The notes under the pieces are model-generated. The model was not told the DNA's origin. It saw nothing but the letters and a program-made list of their open reading frames with translations, and searched no databases. From contig MU058065.1 in assembly GCA_013265495.1 (NCBI GenBank), positions 4,071,003 through 4,135,002 on the forward strand: DNA of 64,000 bases, given 5' to 3'. Shown here in pieces: positions 13,725 through 27,783 of the stretch (position 1 is its first letter; each line of letters starts with the position of its first letter). The position numbers and the translations under genes were made by a program. Source of the DNA: Vicugna vicugna. Lineage: Eukaryota.

Positions 13725-13910
13725 TAAAAAAACCAGATAAACAATAAGGTCCTGCTGTATATAGCACAGGGAATTATATTCAATACCTTGTAATGGCCTA
13801 TAATGAAAAAAATATGAAAAGGAATGTATATATGTATAAATGAATCACTATGCTGTACACCAGAAATTAACACAACATTGTAAATTGACTCTACTTTGAT
13901 TTTTTTTAAA
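13725..13910 (+). mobile_element. L1 3'UTR end (older subfamily)
   Basis: agataaacaataaggtcctgctgtatatagcacagggaattatattcaatacc...gctgtacaccagaaattaacacaacattgtaaattgact. Confidence 0.85.
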
Positions 13911-14404
13911 GTGATTAAGGTACAGAAACATATACAGAAAAGACCACGTGAAGACATAGGGAGATGTCCGTCTACAAGCCAAGAAGAGGGGTCTCAGAAG
14001 AAAACAATTCAGCTGACACCTTGATCTTGGACTTCTAGCCTCCAGAGCTGTGAGAAACTTAATTTCTGAGGTTTAAGCCACCTAGTCTACGGTATTTATT
14101 ACAGCAGCCCTAAAAAACTAGTACAAATCACTAAACACTGTCACTGGTTTATAAATGATGTGACCCTAGCTGGCAATCTAAATATGTCTAACTTTGTTTC
14201 CTTGTGGAAATTTTATGCGAACTCTTAATCCACTAGGGGAAAACTTTTGAAATGCTATCCCTGTTGGGGACTGCTAGCTAGGAGGGATGTCAAGGGCTTT
14301 CCAGATCCCAGTCTTGTAATCTGAAATAAATACACTGGAGGTCCCTACCTGAGAAATCTTTCTAATCTCTGAATTCAGGCGTTAAGAGACCTGGCAATTC
14401 TAGT

Positions 14405-14855
14405 CATGGTGAAGACTGCAATCCATCAACAGTATTCTTTCTCTCTTTCTTCCATAGAATAGAGGCTTCAGCTAGGTAAAGGCTGCATCAGATTAAGAGT
14501 ATGTTTTCCAGCCTTTGTCCTAGTAGGGAGATTTGGCCATAAAGCTTGGATCTGGCTAATGAGATGTGAGTTCAAGTGTGCAACTTCAGAGTCATAACCA
14601 TGAAGGAAAAGAAGCATGCGCTTCTTCCTTTTAGCCCTGGTCTGAGTGTTGAAATGGTGGTGAACCCACCTTCAGGATAGACACCAAGAGCAATATCCCA
14701 GATATTGAGATAGAGACTTAGTCCCCACCACAGCTGAGCATCTCAACATCCTGGGCTACACAGACTATCCCATGAGAAAGATATAATTTCTACCTTTTTA
14801 AGTCACTGCATTGTGGGATTCTTATTATGGCAGACTAGATTGCATTTTAACTACT
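14405..14855 (+). mobile_element. Old MaLR LTR (MLT1J/I-like)
   Basis: ctggctaatgagatgtgag..., end ttttaagtcactgcattgtgggattcttattatggcag...taactact. Confidence 0.55.
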
Positions 14856-14974
14856 ACTCAAATGCCATGAAAGAAGAAAATAAATAAAGATCTAGAAGGA
14901 AGGGAAACACAGGAAAAGACTGAACAGATTCCTGTGTGTGTAACTGATCAGTGCATTAATTTATGACTCAAGAT

Positions 14975-15570
14975 GAACACTTTTCTAAAAGTCAGTAAGG
15001 GAAAGACAGATAGCAAAATAGGAAAAGAGGCAAGATGCTTGAAAAGATGCTTTATAAAAGAAGATATCCATATGGGCCACATACACGTGAAAGGTGCTCA
15101 GTCTCACTCGTGATCAGAGACAGTACCACCACACAACCACTGAATGGCTAAAATTAAAACCACTGACTGCCGCGTGTTTTTGGAGAGGTGAAATAACTGG
15201 AGTTTTCCCTTGATGTTTACTGGGGGGAAGGTAAATGGCACAATTATGTTGGAAAACTCCTTGGCAGTGTTTACTGCCAAGAGTTGATCAGATGCCTCTC
15301 CTACATCTCAACAATTGTAACACGCAAAGAAACATGTGGCTGTATTTCTCAAAAGATACACACTAGAATGTTCCCAACAGCATCATTCATACTAGTCCCA
15401 TAAGGGAACACCCAAACTTCCATCAATAATAGGATACATAAATTCTAGAATGATCATACAGTGGAATACCATACAGAAGTGAGACATAACGAGCTACTGC
15501 TACACAAAGCAACATGGATGTATACCACAGATACACTGTTGAGTGATGGAAGCCAGACCCAAGAACAGAG
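14975..15570 (+). mobile_element. Ancient L1ME-type ORF2/3' fragment
   Basis: gaagatatccatatgggcc...gaatggctaaaattaaaa...cagtggaataccatacag...aacatggatg. Confidence 0.7.
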
Positions 15571-16039
15571 AAACCCCCTGACTCATGGCTTCCAGTCTAA
15601 GTGGATTCTGGGTTCTAATAAATCCTAGCCAGTTCTTTTTCACTTCCTGATCGCTTCATGATATCTATACACAAACATTACTTGAATGAGGACATTCAAG
15701 ACTTAAACAAAGACAAATTCTTCTTCCTAATCTAGTCTAGCCAAATAAAATAGAAGGAAAGGCTAAGTGATACATTATCAGAAGGGAAGAAAACTTTACA
15801 GTTAGAAATTTCGTAGGAGGCAAGTTTGCGAGTTTTAGATTACAAAGCAAAGGAGTTGAGTTTCCAGCATCTGGATGTAGGACTGGAAGCTGGGACTCAT
15901 CCAGGAAGGGCTGAAATTAATTGGTAAGAGAAGATCTAAAAAGAAAGGGGGGAAAGATCCGGGAAAAGTATCAGTAAAAGACACAGAGAAGAAACGTCTT
16001 ATGAAGAAGAACTCTGAATACATGGCAGAAAGAAACTGT

Positions 16040-16285
16040 GCTTAGCAAACAAGGCTTTGGAGCCAGATGGCTCCAGGTTCTAATCAGGGAAAGTTTCTAT
16101 CTGTGTAATTTTGAGCAAATTACTTTGCCTCTCTAAACCACTACCTGCAAAACTGGGCAAGGTTTGTTTCTACCTTGCAGGGATTTTAGGAGAATTCAAT
16201 GAGGCAACGAAGAGCCTGGCGTATGCATAATGCTCAGTAAATTTAAGGTCTATTTCTAGAGCTACTAGTAAGTTTATTATTACTA
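16040..16285 (+). mobile_element. MIR SINE
   Basis: ggctttggagccagat...ttgagcaaattactttgcctctct...taccttgcagggattttaggagaatt. Confidence 0.7.
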
Positions 16286-17940
16286 ACACATGCACAGCTT
16301 AGCAGGGATATTGCCATTAAGCCTTATGATTCTTCGTCATCCTGCTTAAATGATATATGAAGTGCTTGTACCTGCAACACTACTGAATCTTAGGAAGAGA
16401 TTTCGTGTTTAGAAGATGCATCGACTGAGGTATCCTTCCTCCTAAAACACCTGTAATCGGTTATATTCGAGCTGTCCTTATCCACACACCTTAGAGGTCC
16501 CTTTGCCTATGCAAGTATAAAATTGAAAAACACCATTCAGCTTTTGTTTATCGGATCATATAGTGGTTTAAGGTCCCTTATGTCTCTTTTAACTAACTCC
16601 ATGCCACACAAACCCATTGAAAAGGAAAACAAAGACCATAATCCACATAATTCAAGGAGCAAATACCTGCTAGAAATAAATTAAAAGGAAAATTGTATTG
16701 AATTATGTTTTCTGTGATGAAACTCACCATGGAGCTGTTCAGCTTAGCAATTTCTCACATTTGTGCCACTTTTCTATGCCTTCTAATTCGGGTTTTGCTT
16801 GCTTTTACAAAATGATATTTAGCGTTTGCATAAATAAGCCTCTAAAATATGGAAATCTTGTCTCTAAACATGGCTTTATAGAGAAATACCTGTGATAATG
16901 CTCACAGTCTAATATCATTAGGAACAAAAAGCCCTCGACTTGCTTGCTACAAATTGGAATTCCTAATCTTACTTCCAAAGAAAAGTGTATGGTTTTTATT
17001 GCAGTCTAAATTTATAGACTGTTTTGGATTTCTCCAATCATTTGCATAGTACAAAAAACAGATTACATAACAAGTCAGTCAGGCTCAATTATAGGCAGTT
17101 CTTTTCAATCAGGCCACCGCAGCTCTGTGTTGCTCAGTTCAGCTCCTGTCTCCCACTGCTCAAATGTTGCCATGGTGACCAATTTTTGTCATGTACAGTC
17201 CTAGGTCCCGTGCGGCCCCCTTATGCATAGCACTTTGCCATCACTACAGCGACCGCTAGCTGTTATCTGATTATCTCATCTCCCCTTAGTAAAACATATC
17301 ACCTTTAAGCTACCTGGGTGAATTCTTGAAACCTGAGTGTAAATGATATGTTACAGTAACAAGAAAATAAATTCAAATTAAATAAAAAATGATAACAGTA
17401 ATAACAAATAAAAGATTCCTTAAGCCACCCATAATCGGGAACTCTATGAATTTACTTTCTTACTATTCTCTGGCTATATCACCGTCCATATCATGGGGAG
17501 ATTGATTTGGTTCTTTTACGACAAATGCAATAACGAGATTGCAAAACTGTTGAGCTGAATTTGATCAACCGTGTTGCAATCCATCTGATTGCTGAGATTT
17601 CCCCTGTTATGACAGTTGCAAAATACAAACTATCAGTATATTGGGAGAAGGCTCTGAGAGGTTCAGAGACAGTCTAATTTATCCATCTGCCCAAAAAGAC
17701 AATGTCATACGGATAAAATACATTTCACCTCTTTTGCCTTCTTAGATACTGTAGGCTGAATGTCTTTCGAGTAAAAACACAACCTTAAAAAAATCACAAG
17801 GAACCAGATCAAAGACATAAAGAGAACAAAATATGCACAAGAGATCTCATCCAAGATCAAAGATGTGAACATAACTACCATGAATAAGAGGTGCAGAGCT
17901 CACCAGAACAGAACGTCTTCAGCACATAGAGAATTCTTAC

Positions 17941-17990
17941 AAAAAAAAAAAAAAAAAAAAAAAAAGAAAGAAAGAAAAAGAAGAAAAGGA
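17941..17990 (+). repeat. A25 homopolymer followed by an A/G-rich tract
   Basis: 25 A residues at 17941-17965, then gaaagaaagaaaaag. Confidence 0.95.
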
Positions 17991-19853
17991 GGGAAAAAAA
18001 GTCTCTGGGAAATCAAACCCTTCACAAAACCAGTAAAATGTCTTTATTTTCCTCTTTGCAATAAGCAAAATTTCTATGCCTTGCCATTGAAATGACCAAA
18101 TATGGAGCAATGTTTATGAAGTCTGAAGAAGGGAAGCACATTAGAAACTTTCCACTTTGTCGACTGAGCATCTAAATGTTTGGGTTTTTTTTTCCGTTCC
18201 AAAATCCACCCCCAAAACTTCAATCCTTAAAAATGTTTCACTGTAAATCAACCTGGTAGAGAGAGAGTTTTTTAAGAGTGTGAAATATTGATGTAGTAGC
18301 ATTTGAGAGAGCAGCTTTGCTTGTTAAAATAATGTAATTAATGTGATGCATAAGGGCAAAAAAAGAAAAGAAAGTAGAGGGAGTTCCCTTTATTAAATAT
18401 TTATCGCTGGAGCCTGGGTGGATGCCACTCAGAAGCAATCACTAGAAATGGGACATTGATTGAAGTGAATATCAAGTAGTCCTCTACATTCAGGAACAAG
18501 TGCGGATTTCTTGGAAAAAAAGTTCTTGGGACTCAGACATTGCTCTCTCAGAGCGTCTTACTACACGCACTTAATTTTAAGTAATTCAGTCTTTTAAAAA
18601 TGTGTCTCTGCCTCTGACCTTATAGAGCTTTCATCTCATTCAAGCCCATGAACTCAACCCTTTTCTACCACTACAGTAACAGGGTGTGGGGGAGAGAGGC
18701 AGAGCGAGAGGGCGTGCAGAGTGAGAGGGAACCGCGGGAGAGCAGACAGTTATCAGAAACGCAGCCCCATCCCTGCAGAAAGAGGAAGTAGCAGATTAAT
18801 AACCCGTGATTCTATTTAGCTTACTGGGGGGAGACACATTTTTGACTCAAGGGAAAATCTGATCTGATAGGTTAGCACTGAAAGGATATTTCTAAACCTG
18901 ATTCTCTGTAGGAAAAAAAAAAACACTTAGGGAGCCAGACATTTCCTAGTGATATTCAGAGACATTAAGAGACGTGTATGTTTTTACCCTTAGAATAGAG
19001 ATTTGATCATTGAAAATATTTTTTTTGGAAAAATAATACGCATTTGAGACAATCTATTTCTATGAGGTTAATGTCCCCCACCTAATGCAGCAGAATTCAT
19101 TTTTTCTTACATTGCAGGGTTATCACGGAGAGGATTATTTTCATACCATTCTAGATCCTGAGTATTATCTGACTTTTATTCTGACTGTAGTGCTTTTCCT
19201 GTTTAATAGGCTGTTTTCCTGGGCTTCCTTCACCTGCAAGCAAAAATGCAGCCTTCGTCTGCATCAAACAAAGCATTATTCAAAGACATGGGATTCTTTG
19301 CCACCCAGATTTTCATTGCAGTGTGAAGGAGAAGAAAACTGTGGCTACTGTGCAGTGGAATACGGAAGAGGCTGTATGTGGGACGAGAATACAAGATATT
19401 AGAAATAAACTTAGAGAGATACTGAGACCGATGTCTTCTTAGCCCTAAGTATGGTAAAACAACAAAAGAAACATTTGCCGAGAGAAGGGCAGTCACCTCC
19501 CAGGAGCAAATATTCCCTTCCTATTTGTTGGAGGGATAAGAGTGAACTACTGAAGACGTGAGTCCACCTCCTGCAGCATCTGGAGTTTCCAGAGGAAATG
19601 CTCTTTTCCCCAACCCAGCCATTCATATTAACATTGCTGTGGGCAGGCTGCTTTGCAGGCTCCTAAGGAGTCCATTTTCAGGGACTTCAGAAATGTCAGT
19701 ATAAGAACAAAAATGGACACTACCTCACAGCCAAAGAGAGCAGTGTCGTACAACCATTGATCACAAACACCCTTGGGACCGCTTTCTTGAGAAGCTGCTC
19801 AAACGCTCGGATAAAATGCAATAGCATCGCTTTGCGTGATACTTACACAACAG

Positions 19854-20066
19854 CAGTCACTCTCAACCAGGCACAATCCTCCCTCACTCACCAGGGGACT
19901 TGTGGAAATGTTTGGAGATATTTTTGATTGTCACAACAGGATGGGAAGTGCTGCATTCTAGTAGGCAGAGACCGGGGACACTGCTCAACATTCTGCAACA
20001 CACGAGTCAGACTCTCTGCTCCCCAAAAAAGCAGTCAACCCAAGATGTCAGCAGTTGAGAGACCCC
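19854..20066. mobile_element. hAT-Charlie MITE, MER20-like
   Basis: ccaggggact...ggaaatgtttggagatatttttgattgtcacaac...ctagtaggcagagacc...aagatgtcagcagttgagag. Confidence 0.75.
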
Positions 20067-21248
20067 ACATTGGACGGTGCCCTCACTTTTCCTCCACTTG
20101 TCCTTTGATTTCATGGGAGCATTTTTACCAAGAGGTAAAGCTTGTATTTTCTTTAAAAATAACTAAACCACAACTTTTCTTAGGTGACAATCACATATTC
20201 ATAATCCATTTACAGCAATGATGCTTATGAAGGCTTCGAGTTCATGTACTGACATTTTAAATGTTCAGCTTGATTTGGGGATTCATAATTTAGTGACTGG
20301 GCTTAAGCCCAAATCTTTTGTTGGAGGAACTAATTCCCCACACAGTTATTTCACTCTCTCATCCCTCTGGTGACTAGGGATCTGATGCCCAGAAGTGGCT
20401 TGGCAGCTCTGTGGACCTACACGTCTACATTTTCCTTTGTGTGGGGACGTTCTGAAAGCCCGGCATGCTACCGATAACATTTTTGCCTTGGAACTTATTT
20501 GATTTTTGCAAATTATGGCCTTTCCAAAAAAAAAAAAGAAGAAAGAGAAGATAAAGACGTGCTTTTCAACCACCTTTATACCCCCATTTTCTCCTGTAAC
20601 ACTAAGATAGACGTCTGGTGATTTTCTCAAAATGCCCAAATAACTTTTTTGAATAAGAGAATTGCTATGGTCAGAATTTAAAAAAAAAATTCTTTTCTAG
20701 TCTTTTTGACTAGAGTCTTGCTAGTTCAAGTCAGAACTCTAGATGATTCAGAGTTGATAGAGAAGGAGACTTTAAGCTTGCCTGTGCACTTGAATGTGGC
20801 ATCTTGTCAGGATGCAAATCCTCTTTCAGATGTTTCCTAGTTCAATAAGAGGCCCTGGGCACCACTGTGGTCTCAGAAGCCAGCCTTGATCCACACACTG
20901 TGGCAAGATTCACCATACAGTAAGTCATGAAGCCACTTCCTCACAAGCCATGCATTCATTATAAGTCACTTATTGCTAAGAATGGTAATTAAAACAGATC
21001 AGGCAAGACTTTTACTTGAAAATTCCCTTTACACATTGTCAAGCTACCCTTGAACTTTAGGCTATGTTTCTATAGTAATATTTCAGAATTCAAGGTGGTC
21101 ATACAATCATTCAAAGGTATGTATTGAGTGTCCACTGCCTAATATATGTGTAAAGTATACATTTTTTGCTAGGTGTACTTATGAATGTGGAAATATTATC
21201 TTAAAAAGTAAAAAAAAATCTAGAAAAAATTTTATTTTTTCTTAAGTC

Positions 21249-21402
21249 AGTGTTTTCCAAAATGTTCTGAGCATAAAATTATCTGGATTACTTATTAAAA
21301 GAAAAGGCTCTTAGGCCAACTAAAACTTCTGTGGGGCCCTCGAGTCTGTATTTTTAAATAGCACCCGGGGAATCACATGATCTGGCAATTTGGGAAACAG
21401 TG
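21249..21402. mobile_element. hAT-Charlie MITE, MER5B-like
   Basis: Terminal inverted repeats cagtgttttccaaa ... tttgggaaacagtg; internal ctgtatttttaaatagcacc. Confidence 0.65.
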
Positions 21403-23413
21403 CCTTAGGAGAATCCGTGTACATAGCATATATGGGAGGCCACAAAAGACACCATATTAGATTAGCAATAGTTTGGGTGGCTATCTTTCAAAAGGTTGTT
21501 TGATACAGGCAGAGCACTTAGAAAACTGTCTGGCACATAGGAAGCTCTGAAGTGTGAGATAGCACTGTTTTCCCTTGTGGTACTCAGCACAGATAAGGAT
21601 TATCATTTCACTAGGTCAGCCTTCAAACACCATTAGTGTTCTCCGTCAATGGCCCAGAGCCTTGTATCTATTACATTTAGGACCCCTTTCGTCTTTTTAC
21701 TCAAGTATTTGACCAAATTCCCGTCTCTTTTTCATTAACTTTCCTATTTTGATTGCTTTCTTATCTCGCCTTTTAACTGAGTGTTCTTCCCGATACTGAC
21801 TTTTCCAAGAGTCACTTAATTCTTTATCTGTGCACACAAGCAGCCCTTCCTGGGAATTCTGACATTCCATTGATAACCATCAAGGCATTTGCCTTGATCC
21901 CACCCTCTAAACCCAATTCACCTGTACCCTGGAGTCTGAGACTGATTATTTAAAATTAATCTGAGATTTCCAAGGGACCTGCATGGCTTTCAACCTCTCT
22001 AACTCATGTTACTTCAATCCGCAAATATTTGAGCATGAGTTTGGAATGTTCCATCTAAGGCATCTAAACCACCCACATGTTGTGCACGTCAGGGAGGGTA
22101 TGTCAAACCAGGGAGCGACCCAGATGACACATGGATTTTTTTTCATAATTCAGAAGAAATCCTTGTGCTCGTTCACTGATGGAGCCACCAGAACAGGTTA
22201 TATTTTCTTTTGCACAAGGTTTGGGACAATCCTAAGCAAGGAACAGGAAAGGCTGTGTATAATCAGTCTGCCCGTTTCCACATTACTCATTATTGCAGCT
22301 TTTTCTAATTAAAAAAAATATATATATATACACATATTTGCTGCATAAATCAGACATGTAAAATGTATGTTACTGAGCTAAAGAGAAAACAAGAGAAGAA
22401 GTTATTACTTTGGCCTACTATCAACGCATATACATTTCACCTTGGCACCTAATATGAATATTCCTGGAATAAGTTTTGCAATTGAGAGATCACTTCACAT
22501 GTTATTAGGAATTCATGTATGTCTATAAAAGCCTTTATTCACAAAGAATCTTTTTTTTTCCTTTCTAAATAATAACTTAATTCTGAAGACAGTCTTTATT
22601 TTATCCACTGATTCTCTCCTTTCGGATCTTACTGAAATATATCAGCGGCAAGTCAGGAAATTCTTAAATGGACACAGAAACTACCATTACTCTGTGTTAA
22701 AAGAGGTTAAACTGCCCAAAGCCATAATTTCGAGTCTTAATTGAATGCTGGCAATTCAACCATGAGCAGGATCCCCAGAAGAATGGCGGAATCCTCCGTC
22801 GGCTTCCCACAATGGGAATGTGTGGGTAGCTGCCATCTGCAGCTCAGGGGTGGGGGAACAAAAAGACATTTGAGGAAGAAGGGGTTTCTTACAGATATGA
22901 TATAATGGGAAAGAGCTGAAAGTCATCCATCATGCCTGTGACATGCATCACACCCAACAACAGCCCAAAGCCATGAGATGTCACCTACCACCTGCAGCGT
23001 GTCAGCCTTTCTGGCATCAGCACTTTTGTGCATCCTGCCACTACCCCCTTCTTGCTGTACTGAGCAGTGAGGCACAAGAATGCCTCTGCCCACCCCACCC
23101 GAACGTTCGCTAACGCAGGCTTTATTATCACACACTCCAGCGACCACTCAGGACACATTCATCTGGTGACAGGGGGTGACAATCAGAGCTGAACAAGGAT
23201 GCTGATGCCACCAGATGTTGCTGGATCTCATAAATTGGGTGAGCACCCCTGTGCCATTCCATGAAGGTCAGAACAAGGCAGGCCAGGCAAGGACACTTGG
23301 GCTCCTGGAAGCTCTCATGGGAACAGCTGCTCAGAGACACAGAGATTCAGCCCAGGCTTCCTTCCACTTCTTTCAGTTTCTCTTACAGATCTTACTTTAA
23401 AGTAATCATCTCA

Positions 23414-23590
23414 GGGGGGTTAGGTATGGCTCAGTGGTAGTGGGTGCTTAGCATGCAAGAGTTCCTGGGTTCAATCCCCAGTAATCTCCAATTAAAAAAA
23501 AATTAAATAAATATACCTAATTAACTATCCCCTACAAAAAAAAAAAGAAAGAAAAAGCTTCACTCATTAAATAAATAAGCTTTAAAATAA
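23414..23590 (+). mobile_element. tRNA-derived SINE, camelid Vic-1-like
   Basis: ggggggttaggtatggctcagtggtag...ctgggttcaatccccagt...aaataaatatacctaatta plus A tail; TSD-like agtaatcatctca / attaattatctca. Confidence 0.85.
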
Positions 23591-23739
23591 ATTAATTATC
23601 TCAAAATATAAAATAAGGATTGGGTTAAGGTGACCAAGGAAACTATATAAACTATTTCTTCAAACCACCGTGTGATGGCCACCTGTCAATTACATCCATG
23701 TGTTTTTCGTTTAATTTCAAAATACTGAATGGCACGAAG

Positions 23740-23767
<28 letters not shown>
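23740..23767. repeat. (AC)14 microsatellite
   Basis: Read directly from the sequence. Confidence 0.95.
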
Positions 23768-23770
<3 letters not shown>

Positions 23771-24981
23771 ACATTGGAACGAGTTTTAATTAAATTTATA
23801 TTATATTTTCTTGTTTTTAACTTCTGTAAACTATTTGTTTTTATCTCATCTTCCCAACGAAGTTACACGCTCTCCAAGTGCACGGGCCGAGGTGGTGGTG
23901 TCCCTTCGGCCCTCACAGGGCCTGATTCAGTATGAAGCACATACTAGTTGCCTGATGACAAATCAGTTGGTTTTCAAAGGTTTCGCTTTTCTTTTGGTTT
24001 TTAATATTTCCAAAGACTATATGAGAAAACTGAAGACAACATAGAGAGTAAAAAAAAAAAAGTTGGAAATTATTGACTTGGACCTTATTAAAGAAATATA
24101 AAGCTACGCAGTTAAATTTCATCACTTGAATTGAGGATATTAGCAGCTTGAAAGTCCTATGCTTGTTCGGAAAGATTTTACAGGTTAAAACCCTAAAAAC
24201 TGTGCTGACATTTCATGTTCTAGGCTTGTTTATACCACAGTAAAAAAGCCATTTGCAGGTGCAACTAGGTATATTTCTTACTAGCTCACAGGAATCCATA
24301 AAACTACAAATAAAGGACAGTTCTCCAGGGCAATAACTTGTTTGAGTGTAAAATAATTGGGACTCTTGCTGACTGAATGCACTAGTGTTTGGAAACAACC
24401 CTACAAAAATACCGACCGCATCCTGACTCTGGAACCTGAAGTTTATCTGGGAAAATCCATGTAATTGCATAGCAGTGTTTTCATCTCTATTCCCATATCC
24501 TTTGAATATGTCCATATTAATGACTTCTTCCTACATTTTAATTATTCTCATTTCCTCTACCATTTTCCACACCCACACACACTCACACACACATATACGC
24601 AGAGTTAATTTATATTGTGGTCAAGTTATTCTATCCATTCTTGAATATACTCTCTTGCTTGAGTTCCAGAAATTGATACACTGTTAATATTGTTTTGCAT
24701 CCCGAAACAACTTTTATTTGGGGCATTGATGCAATGAAAATATTTCATATTTATCATATATGCTAATGGTAGTGACCTGGTAGAAATGGCAGGTTCTTAC
24801 TGTTTGATGGGAAATTCCGATTTGGTTCTCATTTATAAACTGCAAATCAAAATATGGGTTAGGAAAGGTGAAAATACAAAAATCAAGCACATGATTATTA
24901 GTCATTATTAAGAACAAATTGATGTTATTTAAGATATATTAAAAGAGTATATATAACCCAGTTCTTAAACTCCAAGTCAAA

Positions 24982-25026
24982 ATATAGATATATAGATATA
25001 TAGATATATAGATATATAGATATATA
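24982..25026. repeat. 8-bp tandem repeat (ATATAGAT) x ~5.5
   Basis: G recurs every 8 nt (24987, 24995, 25003, 25011, 25019). Confidence 0.9.
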
Positions 25027-27604
25027 AACCTAAGGACAAAAGGATTTATTCAACATATGTTTCCTATAAACAGTGTTTTCTTGGAAGAATTAAACTATGA
25101 TTTAAATAACTAGGTCAAATGCAAGCGAGAGATTATGCTAAAATAAATGGACAGATATTTTAAATATCTCTTCCTTTTGGATCAGGCACTTGGAGCCTGG
25201 CATTCTAACTTTGATGAGTCAGGGCTTAACTCAGCATAAAGACAGATATAAAAATGTAATTTATCCATCACATAGGTAAGCCCTGAGGGTGTGCCAGAGA
25301 ACACAGGCCACACGGGGTATGTCCCCTCACCTGAGCACCTTCCCTGACACCTCACTCCTGTAGCACCAGTGCACCTCCACCTTCAGCTGTCATTGCCGCC
25401 ATCACTTGCTACCTTCCGTGATTTGCCCATTTGCTTTACTGTCCCTGTCCCACCCTGGAAGCTGACCTCTAGGAGGGCAGAGATTCTGCTACCTGGTCCC
25501 TAAAGCATTCCTAGCACATCACATAGCACCTGGCATTTAGAAAATACGTGTGAATGTTTGACTGTATATGAAACACACGCGTTCCTTTGGAAGCAGATGA
25601 AAGAAGAACACCAAGAAGGATTTTCACGTGTGTAATTATGATCTTATAATGTCAGCGGTAATTTGAAATATTTCATTCAAATTAAGTGCTTTACACAGAG
25701 TATTTTAGTAGGCATTGCACAAATAATCTTTTTCAGTAAATCATTTCCAGTAAGTACTTTTCCACAGAGCAGCTGGAAAGAGAGTATGAAAGGTTACAGA
25801 TAAAACATAATAAAGCTTTATGATTAAAATTTCTGAAATCTTCAAGGTATTATTTCATGACTCAAGAAATAAAGGCCCGCAAAATCAATTAAATGAAACC
25901 AAGTTCAGCATGTTGTGTTCAATACTCAGATTCCTGAATTTTAATACAATGTTCATATTTGCCAAAAAGGATGCATGATTAATGCCTACATTAGATTTGC
26001 TGATGGTAAGCAACTACAGTGATGAATGGGGAGGTTTGCTTGCATTTACACTATTTTAAAAATTTCCCTGAGTGAAGGTTACTTTAGAATAACTTGTACC
26101 AGATTAAAAATGATATGAATTTTTTGGGTGGTAAACACCTCTAATTCCAGTTAGCTCTAAATGCATGGACAGATGAAAATGTTGATGAAATTGGAAGGTA
26201 AATTTCCATAATGAGAGATTTTAGTTGTTGAAAAGTCTTTCTTCTAGAGGATTTGGGATTATACTTTGAACAAACAAACAAAAAGCTAGACAATTCGAAA
26301 AGCTTAAAAGTCTTCTCTTCTTGCCAATTATGTAAGATCCTCCCCCTTTAGTTACACTTATGACACTGTGTTTGTCTAACTTCAACATCCAAACAACTGA
26401 CTCAGATAATTGACAAAAAACCAATTTTGCACAGTCCCACACCATAGATGAGATTTTAAAAACTGTGCACAGTGTCATTCTAGAATTCTCTTTGAGAGAA
26501 GACCACAAAAGCGTATTTCATTTTCCAGCTCTTGCCTTTCTTTAAGCAAAATTATTTAATTTTTTGCAAAAACTGATATACATTTATCTGACTCAAACAT
26601 CAAAAAGTACAAAAGGTGTGTATAGTGAAAAGCCTCTTTTTCTTATAGAGTTTTTTTTGGAGTTTGTTTCCAAGTTTCACCAAGCAGTAAAACCTGCATC
26701 CTTGTTTTCTGTTCTAGCTCTTGCTCTTGGGAGTTTCTAGGAAGAGGTGTTTATCGAGTGATGTGCATCCCTGAAGTTCTGCCTTCTTGCTTGAAGGATC
26801 AAACTGGAGCCCCTGATCTCTCTGCAATTCCCTGGCCTCCCTTTTGGCTCTCAATGACTCCTACCCATCTGCCTGAAAACTTTCTCTATTATTTCACATC
26901 CTAAAAAGGAAAATTCTTCCGTCCTTGCTATTTTCCAAGGTGCCCTAGTTCTGTAGTTGGCAGTACCAAAGTTCTTCAAAGAATAATCCAGAATCATCGT
27001 CACCATCTCTCCAGCCCCATCTACTCACTCCTTAACTTTGTGAAATCTAATTTCTGCACCGCCACCACCATCAACCCCCACCCAAAACACACGTGCGTGC
27101 ACACACACATACTCATACACATGAACATGAACTTTAATGTGATTTCTCTCTCTAGGATCCCGGAGACCTCCTCATCACCCAAACCAACAGCTCTTTTTGC
27201 ACTGGCAGCTCAGTCCCTCCTCGAACTGTGGACTGTCCCTTCCTCCTTGCAGCTCCGTCCCCAGGGAGGCTCCTATTGGTCCAACCCAGTTTCCTTCTCT
27301 TCATCTCCAGATACTGCTCTGTTTCCTTCATGAGTGTATTTGCTTCTTTCGAGTTCTACCTGTTCCAGAGCTCTGTGCTTTTTTGTTGTTTTTCTAAACC
27401 GTCACTTCAGGTATATCATCCACGGCTGCTGCTTTGGAAGATGATACAAAAATCTTCAGACCGGGCTGTTATCTCTCTCTGGAATTTCAATTATGTGCTT
27501 CCCAGGTCTCCTGGATATTTTCACCTGGCTGTCCCACTGCTACCTCAAAGTCTGCTAAACTCACACTCTATTTCCCCAATTGATTTTGCTGCTGCCTCTT
27601 CTCT

Positions 27605-27783
27605 CACCTCCTGGGGACATTTACCAATATATGGTGACACCGTCACGCCGAGGAGAGCTGCTACAGACATCTAGGGGATAGAGGCCAAAGGTGACACTGA
27701 CCGTGATGGGGCACAAAGGGCAGCCCCCATAACAAAGAATCATCTGGCCCCAAATATCGATACTGTCAAGGCTGAAAGTCTGC
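27605..27783. mobile_element. MER20-like MITE within pyrimidine-rich, L2-like sequence
   Basis: cctggggacattt...gctacagacatctaggggatagaggcca...cagcccccataacaaagaatcatctggccccaaatatc. Confidence 0.7.

Larger units (their letters stand above)
12776..14125 (+). mobile_element. MaLR LTR (MLT1B-like) split into ~12776-12944 and ~13911-14125 by L1 insertions
   Basis: 5' half ggctgaattgtgtcc...gaggtaattaagttaaa...ggtgtccttagaagagg; 3' half gctgacaccttgatcttggacttctagcctccagagctgtgaga...gcagccctaaaaaactagtaca. Confidence 0.85.

Noticed and set aside
17865..18095. Lys-rich ORF or possible retrocopy tail
   Set aside because: The Lys run comes from the A25 tract; I found no TSD or recognisable mRNA-derived body.
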